From an uncultured Verrucomicrobiota bacterium (GTDB lineage Bacteria > Verrucomicrobiota > Verrucomicrobiia > Palsa-1439 > CAYGDP01): a stretch of 64,000 bases of DNA. The stretch is from contig CAYGDP010000002.1 of the NCBI GenBank assembly GCA_964348665.1, positions 110,033 to 174,032 of the forward strand, written 5' to 3'. Both the position numbers and the translations under genes were made by a program. Under the pieces are notes generated by a model. That model was not told where the DNA came from, made no database searches, and was given only the letters and a program-made list of their open reading frames with translations. Of this stretch, positions 20,523 through 31,800 are shown piece after piece (the first letter of the stretch is position 1; each line of letters begins with the position of its first letter).

Positions 20523-21743
20523 ATGAAGCGTTCCTTTCTTGTCAGCGTTGGTTCCGTTAAAGTCCCTGTTTACGGATTTTCCGGGGGACGGTGGTGCATT
20601 AGTTATTATCAGGAAGGACGGCGACGCCGAGAAACTCGATCTTCCCGTGATGAGGCTCTCCGCCGCGCCAAAGAGGTCGCCGCCGCAATCCACAACCAGA
20701 AAGCTTCTGGGATTGCGCTCACGGGTGCTGACCGTGACGCCTATATGCGCTCGCTGGAAGTGCTCAAACCCTTCGGCGTAAGTCTCCATGAAGCGGTGGA
20801 AACGTATGCGAAGACCAGAGCCAAACTCCAAGCCGTATCGCTCAACGACGTGGTGGATTTTTATCTACGCCACAATCCGACTCGCTTGCCTGCAAAAACC
20901 GTCTCGGAAGTTGCCCAGGAGCTACTGGCCGCCAAGCAACGTGATCACGTAAGCGCCGCCTATCTGAAAGACCTTCGATCACGGCTGCCTCGCATCGGTG
21001 CTGCCTTCGCAATGCCGATCGGGCGAGTGACGCAAGGACAAATCGAGGATTGGCTGCGCTCTTTGCCGAGTTCATTGCGGACACGAAACAATTATCGCAA
21101 CCTCATCGTTATGCTTTGGCGGTTCGCGCGCCAGCGCGGATATCTATTAAGGGATCGGTCCACGGAAGCCGATTCGTTGCCGCGCGCCAAAGACAAAGGA
21201 ACTGAGATCGAGATTTTCCGTCCAAAAGATTTTGCGAAACTGATCTACAAAGCCGATGCGAAATTGGTACCCTTCCTTACCATCGGGGCATTTACGGGTC
21301 TTCGTCACGCCGAGTTGCTTCGCCTTGAATGGGAAGACATTCGTTTTTCTCAGGGGTTTGTCGAAGTAAAAGCGAGTAAAGCAAAGACGGCACAACGGCG
21401 ACTGGTGCCCATCCAATCCAACTTGGCAGCATGGCTCTCACCGTATCGGGAGCGGAAAGGAAAAGTCTGCCCATGGATTCGCGTCGGTCGCACCGTATCA
21501 AAGTTGGCGAAAGATATTGGCATCCGTTGGCCGCAGAATGGTTTGCGGCATTCGTATGCGAGCTATCGCCTTGCTCAATGTCAGGACGCCGCAAAGGTCG
21601 CATTGGAGATGGGGAACACTCCACAGGTAGTTTTCCGTCATTATCGAGAACTGGTCATGCCGCAAGATGCAGCTGCGTGGTGGAGTATTGTCCCCGAGCG
21701 AGCGGCGAATGTGGTATCAATGAGACGTCACCAAATCGGCTAA
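20523..21743 (+). CDS. int: tyrosine-type site-specific integrase
   Basis: C-terminal catalytic motifs 'GLRHAELLRL', 'LRHSYASY', 'VVFRHYRELV' (R..H..R..Y). Begins 79 nt after the tRNA-Pro. Confidence 0.9.
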   Translation: MKRSFLVSVGSVKVPVYGFSGGRWCISYYQEGRRRRETRSSRDEALRRAKEVAAAIHNQKASGIALTGADRDAYMRSLEVLKPFGVSLHEAVETYAKTRAKLQAVSLNDVVDFYLRHNPTRLPAKTVSEVAQELLAAKQRDHVSAAYLKDLRSRLPRIGAAFAMPIGRVTQGQIEDWLRSLPSSLRTRNNYRNLIVMLWRFARQRGYLLRDRSTEADSLPRAKDKGTEIEIFRPKDFAKLIYKADAKLVPFLTIGAFTGLRHAELLRLEWEDIRFSQGFVEVKASKAKTAQRRLVPIQSNLAAWLSPYRERKGKVCPWIRVGRTVSKLAKDIGIRWPQNGLRHSYASYRLAQCQDAAKVALEMGNTPQVVFRHYRELVMPQDAAAWWSIVPERAANVVSMRRHQIG

Positions 21744-21962
21744 TCTCAAAAGGCGCGTGTTTTGAAAAAAGTCTGGCTCGGCTGGATTCGGATTTGAACA
21801 ATACTCATCTGCACGAGGGCAAACCGCTTCCCGCTCGATTGGCAGTCATCGTGAAGTATTTTGCGTGAGGATTTATCTTGTGGCCGGTCTAATTTTCAAG
21901 AACACATTGCCGCATACCGAATGAACGTGATACTTTGAGCGCTCATCGCAGAGAGAATTATC

Positions 21963-22505
21963 GTGACTACCTCGACCAAGGAAGCAGGCGCGTTTCCCAC
22001 TGGGATCCACTGGTTTTGCGTCCATACCCGACCTCGCCAGGAAACGCTGGCCAAGGCCGCGCTGGAAGCCGACGGGATTGCGACCTTCTATCCGAGGTTC
22101 AAGATCAAAAAACGGAGTCGTCATTGGAAAATCTCCTCTCTGTTTCCCAGTTATATTTTCGCCCGTTTCGACGCGGTGGCGCAACTCTCGTGGGTGCGCT
22201 CGGCGCGAGGCGTTTTATACGTGGTAAGTTTCAAAAACTGGCCGGTGGCGGTCAGCAATGAGGTCATCGAAACAATTCGCTCCCGCTGCAAGAACGAGGT
22301 GGTGGATTTGACGGAGGTGGTCAATGAAAACTATCACACACTCCAGTCGGGCGACCGGGTGGAGGTCGAAGACGGGCCGCTCCGGGGAATGCGCGGGATT
22401 TTCCAGAGAAAAACTTCCGATGACGAGCGAGTGGTGATCCTGCTTAAGATTTTGGGATTGTCAGTCGAGGCGGAGTTGCAGCGAGAGGCGGTGGAACGGC
22501 TTTAG
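21963..22505 (+). CDS. specialised NusG-family transcription antiterminator paralog (RfaH/UpxY/LoaP-like)
   Basis: GTG start. N-terminal NGN-like 'IHWFCVHTRPRQETLAKAAL...FYPRF', C-terminal KOW-like 'GDRVEVEDGPLRGMRGIF'. 180 aa, no other transcription genes nearby, immediately upstream of an 18.5-kb gene. Confidence 0.7.
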   Translation: MTTSTKEAGAFPTGIHWFCVHTRPRQETLAKAALEADGIATFYPRFKIKKRSRHWKISSLFPSYIFARFDAVAQLSWVRSARGVLYVVSFKNWPVAVSNEVIETIRSRCKNEVVDLTEVVNENYHTLQSGDRVEVEDGPLRGMRGIFQRKTSDDERVVILLKILGLSVEAELQREAVERL

Positions 22506-22865
22506 ACGACGCGCCGATTGCTTTGAGCGCTAGAAAAAGCTTGTGTAGTTGTGATGGGTTGAAGTAGTTTCGCAGCCTTGTTGGGGCTGGAAGAAAGCCC
22601 AACAAAAAAAGAGCGTCCCTATTGCCGAGGGATGTGGACAGTGAGGTCTAGAGGAGATCGTGAGCAACGCACGAAATCGAAAGACTGGGGGTTGGCAGCC
22701 CGATGGAAATACGGGCGCGCCAATTTTGGCGGGAGCTTTTCCCTTTTTCACTCAGGCCATTGGTTAACGTAGTCCTTCATTTTTCTTCCACCCCCAAGAA
22801 TCCACCAGAGACAGGCAACAATGAGCGTGTGTGCCGGGAGCATGAATTAGACTGTAGAAGCGACA
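22506..22865 (+). promoter_or_regulatory. 360-nt untranslated leader between the NusG paralog and the giant gene
   Basis: No credible ORF. Long leaders carry the recruitment sites of specialised NusG paralogs in characterised systems. Confidence 0.3.
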
Positions 22866-25800
22866 ATGGAAACGGGTCAGAACAATCGGGATCAAGCGGT
22901 GGCTATTGCGCTGAAGGCGTTCGAGGAGAACGCCTTGCGCGAGGCCGTCGCCGTCTCTACGCCACCGGCAGAAGCGGGGATCACGCTGCGGTCAATGTTC
23001 CGAGGAACAACGACCTTCCGGGCGCTGGCCAGAAAGATCGCGACTCTCCTGCCCCGGGTAGCGCCCCGCCGAGAAAGCAAGCTTTTGCGCAAACTTCGCC
23101 ACTTCCAACGTCAGAAGGCTTGCTTGTCGCCGGCTGAAAACCATCTTCAACATCCTTCCTCGACGACGTCTGTTCCTCCAAGAGCGAATCCTAGCGAACG
23201 ACGTGGTATGCCATCACGTTTCACCGCGCCAATCCCACTGACAAGCCGGCTCAAACACCTCGTCTTGGGGAAATGGGGAACGAAGGACAAATCGCCACGG
23301 CGCAAACGCGAGCATCGGTTTCGTCGTGACTTGCGCTACGACCAGTCATTTGTCGCCGAATCGGCGGAACCGCGGCTGATGGCCGGTAGTTTGGCTGGCC
23401 CCAACATCCTAACCGTGATTGACGGCGTGGAAGGAAACGAGGATTGGACGATGGGACTGCCGGAGATCGTCGCCCTTGGAAATAGCCAAGCCGTCCCGCA
23501 AACCAGCGAAGCTCCCCACGCAGCGTCATCCTCCACTAATCATACCGAACCTATAGCCTCAAATGTAACGCTCCCGGCAAATGCCGAGACGACTGCGCAA
23601 GCGATCCAGAGCCTTCAGGAAACAGGGGAGTTTAACCCAGAAGAAGATATTGGATTGCCGTTTCTTAGCTCCGATTCTACATCTAGCGCTTGGAATCCAC
23701 TGAACCCTGATGTGACGGAGGCGTTGCTGTTCCAACTGGCTGAACTGCAACAGCTATTTGCATCTCGGAACGCCTTGGATACAGTAGCGCCCAAGACCCT
23801 CATTGCGCCTTTGGCTCTCGAACCGACGAGCGCCCAAACTGATTCTCAAATTGACCCGTCTCTATTGGCCGGTGATTCGCAAACATCGAACAGTGAGCCG
23901 ACAACGACCGGTTCCGGGTCAACGCCCCAGACAATTTCTCCCGTAACCAATCCCCAATCCTCTCCGACCGGTGATTCACCCGGAAATCGGGACCCTCCGC
24001 CTGATCCTCCTCCACCGGGATTGATTCGCATGGCTTGCTCCGGCTGGACGCTGGTGGAAAGCGGCGGCTCGGAGAGCGGTCGCGGGAGTTTCACGTCTGA
24101 ATCCGGAAGTCTGGCCTTACGAGAAGGAGATTCGTTCCTGGTCTCCATCCAGCGAGCTTTCACCATTCCGCCCAATCCGGCCACGCTGACCTTCACTCTG
24201 GACGAGCTTACCTTTGATACGACCGATCCTGATTTTATCAATGACGCCTTTGAAGCGGCGTTCCTGGACGCGAGCGGGATTTCGCTAGTCCCCGTTATTG
24301 CGAGCAGCCGCGATTCCTTCTTTAACGCCACCGAAGGCGAGCCAGTTGCGCTCGGTTCAAAGACAACCTTCTCCGACCCAACTGTTACGCTCAATATCTC
24401 TTCCTTGCCAGCGGGCAGCACGGGCATTTTGGCCCTCCGTCTGGTCAATAACGACAGCGACGTCAACACGCTGGCCCGCATCCATTGCAATACCCCGCCT
24501 CAAGTAACGGCCAACGACGGTGCGGCCAACGAAGGACAATCGCTGGAGTTTGTCGGCACGTTTATTGATCCGGACATCGGTGACACCCATACGGCGCTCA
24601 TTTCTTGGGGGGATAACACCACCAGCGAAGGAGTTGTCACCGCAACTCAAGACGGTGGGACGGTGACGGCCAGCCACGTTTATGCCGATAACGGCAACTA
24701 CACCATCACCCTGACCGTTTCTGACAACAATGAGGGAGTCGGTAGCGACTCCGCGACCGCCACGATTGCCAACGTAGCGCCTGCCGTCACCGTCGGTCCG
24801 AACCAAACCCACAAAGACAAGGAACTGGCGTTGGATTTTACCATCGGCACGTTTAGCGATCCGGGCTTCACCAGTCCTACCGCCGGCACCGAGGAGACGT
24901 TCACCGCTCTGATTGATTGGGGTGACGGCACCACGCCAAGTGAAGGAACTCTCACCGTTGTGCAAGGCTCAGAGGGCGTGCTTACCACCGGCACGGTTAC
25001 GGCCAACCACGTTTATCAAGGTGGAGGTGTTTACACGGTAACTCTCACGGTCACCGATGACGACCTTGACTCTGGTTCGGCCAGTTTCCAAATTACGATC
25101 CTGCCCACCAAATTCTTCGTTGTGGATCAGGATCGTCGCTCCACGTTCCGTTATGACCGCGACGGCGGATTTGTCAGCGAGTCTGATCTGGGCCAGTTTG
25201 ATTCCCGCCCCCGTGGCGTCGCCAGCGACAGCACAGGCGATACTCTTTGGGTGATTGACGCCAATAAGACCGTCTATGTTTATACCGGCGAGGGTGCCTT
25301 GCTGGGTTCCTGGCAGGACCCCGGCTTAAACCAACCGCAGGACATCACGACTGACGGCACCGACATCTGGATTATCGACACTCCCGACAACGTTGTTTAC
25401 CGCTACTCCGGCGCCGCCAGCCGTCGTTCAGGTTCGCAAGCTCCTGACGCCAGTTTCCCCTTGGTCGTAGAGGATCGCAATCCCACCGGGCTGGTCACCG
25501 ACGGATCGACGTTTTGGGTGACGGATAATTTCGATCATCTAAACAAAGTTTTCGTGTATGACATGACCGGTCAGCTTCTTGGTTCGTGGCTATTGGACCC
25601 CCTCAATGTTGACCCTAGCGGCATTACCCTCAATCCCAACGGGGGCAGCGACCTCTGGGTGGTGGATCGTCTGCGGAATGCGGTTTTCCACTACGCTGAG
25701 TCGCAAGATGTGCGAAGCGGCTCTCTTCTTGTCACGGATACGTTTGCCCTGGCAAATAACAACCGTCACCCGGAAGGCATCGCCGATCCGGAAGTTTTCT

Positions 25801-28800
25801 GGAACGTGGATAGCGATGGATTTTGGGACGATGCCGCCAATTGGGATACCGGCACGGTTCCCAGCCCCACCGATGATGTCATTATTGATCGGCCCACCGC
25901 AAACCCAACCGTTACTATTCGATTTGGCGCTCAATCAGTCAATAGTGTCACCAGCCATGAAGCTCTTGTGTTGTCGGGCGGCACTTTGAGTGTTGCCGCT
26001 CCTTCCGAAGTTAATAACACCTTTACTTTGAGCGGCGGCGATCTGACTGGCGCAGGTCCATTTACAATTAATAACACCATGGATTGGATTGCAGGCCGCC
26101 TGGTCAGCGGCGGTACACTCGTCATTGCCAACACCGCCACGCTCAATCTCATCAACAGCAATGATAAAGACGTTGTTGGTTCTACGCTCAACAATTTCGG
26201 GACGGCCAACTGGAACACTGGCCGCATCCGCACTGGCTCCGGCTCGCTGATTGCCAACAGCGGGCTTTGGATCGCCCAAGCCAACAATCAGATCTCTAAT
26301 GATTATGGTAATGCGCAATCTACTTTCTCCAATAGCGGCAGCTTCCAACACATCGGTAGTTCTAGCAGCCACATCTTTATTGTATATGATAACAACGGCA
26401 GTACCGATGCCACCAACGGCACGCTGCACTTGCGTGCTGGTGGCACTTCCAGCGGCAGCTTCAATGCTGCCAGCCCCGGTGCTCTCTTCTTTGGCGAAGG
26501 CACTCACATCTTGAACGCCTCCTCCTCGGTCAGCGGGAGCGGCACGGTGGGGATTTTCTCAGGCAGCACCATTGTCAACGGCACGTGGAGCGTCAGTGGC
26601 ATCACTGATTTGCAGGGTGGCACCATTGCCTTTAACACCGCCGCCAGTACTGCCACTGGCATCTTCCGCGGTAGTGATCTAGCCGGCAGCGACAGTCTCA
26701 CCGTCACTGACACGATGGACTGGAGCAGCGGTCGGATCGTCAGCGGCGGCACGCTCATCATCGCCAACACCGCCACGCTCAATCTCATCAACAGCAATGA
26801 TAAGGACGTCGTCGGCTCGACGCTCAACAATTTCGGCGCGGTCAACTGGTTCGTTGGTCGCATCCGCACTGGCTCTGGCTCGCTGATTAGCAACAGCGGG
26901 CTTTGGATCGCCCAAGCCAACAACCAGATTTCTAACGACTACGGCAACGCCCAGTCCACCTTCTCCAACTCCGGCAGCTTCCAACACAGCGGCAGCGGCG
27001 ACAGCCACATCTTCATCGTCTATGACAACAACGGCAGTACTGATGTCACCAGCGGCACTTTGCATTTACGCGGCGGGGGCAACAGCAGCGGCAGTTTCAA
27101 CGCGCCGACCCCGGGCCGACTCCTCTTTGGCGAAGGCACGCACACTTTGAGCGCCAGTTCCTCCATCAGCGGCTCAGGCACGCTTGGCATCTTCAGTGGT
27201 AGCGCCGTTGTCAACGGTTCCTGGACAGTCAGCGGCATCACTGATCTGCAAGGCGGCACGATCAGCTTCAATACGGCGGCTTCTACAGTGACAGGCATCT
27301 TCCGTGGCAGCGATCTGGCTGGCAGCGGCAGCCTGACGGTGAGCAATGCGATGGACTGGAGCAGTGGTCGGGTCGTCAGTGGCGGCACGCTCATCATCGC
27401 CAACACCGCAACGCTCAATCTCATCAACAGCAACGACAAAGACGTCGTCGGTTCGACGCTCAACAATTTTGGGACTGTCAATTGGAATGCTGGCCGCATT
27501 CGCACTGGCTCCGACTCGCTGATTGCAAACAGCGGCCTCTGGATCGCCCAGGCCAATAACCAGATTTCTAACGACTATGGCAACGCTCAGTCCACCTTCT
27601 CCAACTCCGGCAGCTTCCAACACAGCGGCAGCGGTGATAGCCATATCTTCATCGTCTTTGACAACAACGGCAGTACTGATGTCACCAGTGGTACCTTGCA
27701 TTTACGCGGCGGGGGCAACAGTAGCGGCAGTTTCAACGCGCCGACCCCAGGCCGACTCCTCTTCGGCGAAGGCACTCACACCTTTAGCGCTTCCTCCTCG
27801 GTCAGTGGCAGTGGCACGCTTGGCATCTTCAGCGGTAGCGCCATTGTCAACGGTAGTTGGATGGTCAGTGGCATCACTGACCTACAAGGCGGTACAATCG
27901 CCTTTAACACAGCAGCCAGCACCATCACTGGCATCTTTCGTGGCAGCGATCTCACCGGCACTGGTTCTCTGACGGTGAGCAATACGATGGACTGGAGCAG
28001 CGGTCGAATCGTCAGCGGCGGCACGCTCACTATCGCTAACACCGCCACCCTCAGTCTCATCAACAACAATGACAAAGACATCGTCGGTTCAACGCTGGCC
28101 AATTTCGGGACGGTCAACTGGCTCGCTGGCCGCATCCGTACTGGTTCTGGTGCGCTGATTAGCAATAGCGGTCTCTGGATCGCCCAAGCCAACAATCAAA
28201 TCTCTAACGATTACGGCAATGCCCAATCCACTTTCTCCAACTCTGGCGGCTTCCAACATAGCGGCAGCGGCGACAGCCACATCTTCATCGTCTATGACAA
28301 CAACGGCTCTACCGATGTCCCCAGCGGCACGCTGCACCTGCGCGGTGGCGGCAATAGCAGTGGTAGTTTCAGCACCACCTCACCCAGCGCGCTCTTCTTT
28401 GGCGAAGGCACCCACACTCTAACCGCCACTTCCTCGGTCAGCGGATCAGGCACAGTGGGCATCTTTAGCGGCAGCGCCATTGTCAACGGTTCTTGGGTGG
28501 TCAGCGGCACGACAGATTTACAGGGCGGCACCATCGCCTTTAATACAGCCGCTTCCACGGTGACAGGAATCTTCCGTGGTAGCGATCTCACCGGCTCCGA
28601 CTCTCTCACCGTCACAGATACGATGGACTGGCAGCGAGGTCGAGTAGTCAGCGGCGGCACGCTTGTCATTGCCAACACCGCCACGCTCAATCTCATCAAC
28701 AGCAATGACAAAGACATCGTCGGTTCGACGCTCAGCAATTTCGGGACTGTCAATTGGAACGCTGGCCGCATCCGCACTGGTTCTGGTGCGCTGATTGCCA

Positions 28801-31800
28801 ACAACGGGCTTTGGACAGCCCAGGCCAACAACCAGATTTCTAACGACTACGGCAACGCTCAGTCCACTTTCTCCAACTTCGGCAGCTTCCAACACACCGG
28901 CACGTCCAGCAGCCACATCTTTATTGTCTATGACAACGATGGCAGCACGCAAGTCACCAGCGGCACTTTGCATTTGCGAGGCGGGGGCAACAGCAGCGGC
29001 AGCTTCAACGCCACCAGTCCTGGCGCGCTCTTCTTTGGCGAAGGTACTCATACTTTGAGTGCCACTTCCTCGGTCACCGGCAGTGGCACGCTTGGCATCT
29101 TCACCGGCAGCACGGTGGTCAACGGCTCCTGGACAGTCAGCGGCACCACCGATCTGCAGGGCGGCACCATCAGCTTCAATACGGCGGCTACAACGGTCAA
29201 CGCCTTGCTCCGTGGCAGTGATGTTGCGGGCAGCGGCAGCCTCACGGTAAGCGGGACGATGAGTTGGACCGCGGGCCGGATCGTAAACGGAGCGACCTTG
29301 ATTGGGACTCACGGAGCGACCTTGAATCTGATCGGCGGGAATGAAGACATCGTTGGTTCGACCTTGAATAACGATGGAACTGTCAACTGGACCAGCGGCC
29401 GCATCCGGACCGGTTTCGGAACGCACATCAACAACGACGGCCTTTGGATCGCCCAAGCCAACAACGCCATCGTCAACGACTACGGCGGCGCGCAATCCAC
29501 TTTCTCCAACAGCGGCATCTTCCGCCAACAGGGCAGCGGCACAACCACGATTGCGATTGATTTTATCAACTTTGGCTCGGTCGAGATTCTGACCGGCACG
29601 CTTAGTTTCACCGGCGCTTATACCCAGACTGGCGGCGTCACCGCGTTGGAGGGAGGCAGTCTGAGTTCCACTCAAACTCTCACCATTCAAGGCGGCGTCT
29701 TGACCGGCATCGGAACGATCTTTGCCAACGTCGTAAACGGCGGCGAACTTGGACCGGGCGCTTCAATTGGGATGGACGTCGGCATCCTCAATCTCGCCGG
29801 CAATTATACCCAGACGACCACCGGCTCGCTGCATATTCAGCTCTTCGATGTTGGCGCGGGGATCGGGTTCGATCAATTCCGGGTCGCCGGCGCGGTGACT
29901 CTGGAAGGGGGCATCAACCTCGCCCTCGAATCCACGATACCCCTATCGGGAGAAATCATCTTCCTCGACAACGACGCGACCGACGGTGTGACGGGAACCT
30001 TCGTGGGTTTGCCCCAAAACACCTTTGTGATGCTCAACGACGACCTGTATCAACTTAGCTACAGCGGGGGCAGCGGCAACGACGTGAGCCTCCAACGCGT
30101 CGTGGGTATTACCATCACCAACGTCAGTCTTCCCGAAGGCGATTTGGGGATAACCGATTTCATCTTCACGGTCAGTCTGGACCAACCCGGCACCACGTCG
30201 CTAACTCTCGACTACGCCACCAAGGATGGCACGGCCACCTCCGCGCATGATTACGTGGCGACCACCGGCTCGCTCACCTTCGCGCCGGGCGAAGTCACCA
30301 AGCCGATCACCGTCCCGGTCAACGGCGACAACGCCAGCGCGACCGACGAGACGTTCTTTGTGGAGATCGTCAATCGCATCCTGGTGTTCTCGCCCAACAC
30401 CACCCGAATCGGCATCGGAACGATCCTCAATGACGACAACGAACTTTACGACGCCGAAGAACGATTCCTCTTTACCACGACGGAGGATTTCCACGAAGGA
30501 ACGCTCTCCTCCAACCTCACTGCGACCCAGGTGCCCGATGAAATGGGACTGATGGCGCAATTCCCCTTCTTCCCTTACGTGAACATCGCCGCATCCGCCC
30601 GGGGCACGATCATCCGTCTGGATGCCAACACGGGTGAGATTCTCGGCGAATACCTCACCGCGCCCGATGGGATGGGACGCAATCCCTCCGCGACCGCGGT
30701 GGACCTCTTGGGCAACGTCTGGGTCGCCAATCGCGATGAATCCTCGGATGGCAAAGGATCGGTGACCCGAATCGCCCTTGTCATCGGCGGCACGCGCGGC
30801 ATCAAAAATCCCGACGGCAGTTTCACGCCCGATCCCGGCGGCCAATATCTTCAAGGACCCTTCCTCTATTCCACGGCCATTGACCGCGATGGCGACGGCC
30901 TGATTAAAACCTCCTTTGGTCTGGGCAACATACTTGCCTGGAACAACGCCGGCGGGACGGATTCGCTGGGCGGCGTTTTCACGGCGGAAGACGAACTCAT
31001 CATCAATTACACCCGCGTCAGCGGCACCAGGACGGGCACCGTCGCCATTGACGGCAACAACGATCTCTGGGTGGGCGGCGTGGGCGATCACGACCACGAA
31101 AAAATCAGCGGCGTCACCGGTCAGCCGATTCCCGGCACCCAGTTTAACACCGGTCGCGCCGGCTTCGGCGGTCTGGTGGATCGCAACGGCGTGCTCTGGT
31201 CATCGAACTCGCTGATCCGCTTCGTTCCCAACGTCAATCCGCCGCCGGCGGGCACCAGCGCCAGCATCGGCAACAATTACGGAATCGCGACCGACCCGCG
31301 CACGGGTCACATCTGGATCACCAACGGCGGGATTGGATGCAGCTACGGTCTCTTCGAGTTGGATTCGGATGGCCGCGTGCTGAACCGCTACCCGCAACCA
31401 TTCCCCTCCCAAGGAGTGGCGGTGGACGCCAACAGCCACGTCTGGGTGGCGCAGATGTTTGGCTCGAAGGTTTGGCATCTTGCACCCGACCCCAACGATC
31501 CGACCCGACACATCACGGTCGGGTTTGTCACCGGCTTTCACGAGGTCAACGCGCTGGCGGTGGACCCGAATGGCAAGATTTGGGTCGCCGAACGAGGCAA
31601 TCGCGCCAGCCGCATTGATCCCAGCGCGGGCGACATCGGCGCAGGCGGTTACCCGGTGGGCGCGATTGAATTGAGCGTTGCTCTGGGTCTGGGGGCGGGT
31701 CCTGACAACTACAGCGACATGACCGGCTTTGTCTCGCACAGCTTGGTCCCGCAAGGCGTCTGGACGCACACCATTGACGGCGAACAAGACCGAACGGGCT

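Noticed and set aside
22506-22865. Canonical ops/JUMPstart element for RfaH in the leader
   Set aside because: Only a weak partial match ('ttggcgggagc') was seen. Not reported as a feature.
26079-29894. Regular 636-nt tandem repeats could superficially resemble a CRISPR-like array
   Set aside because: Units are 636 nt, protein-coding and in frame within one ORF. There are no short spacers and no cas genes.
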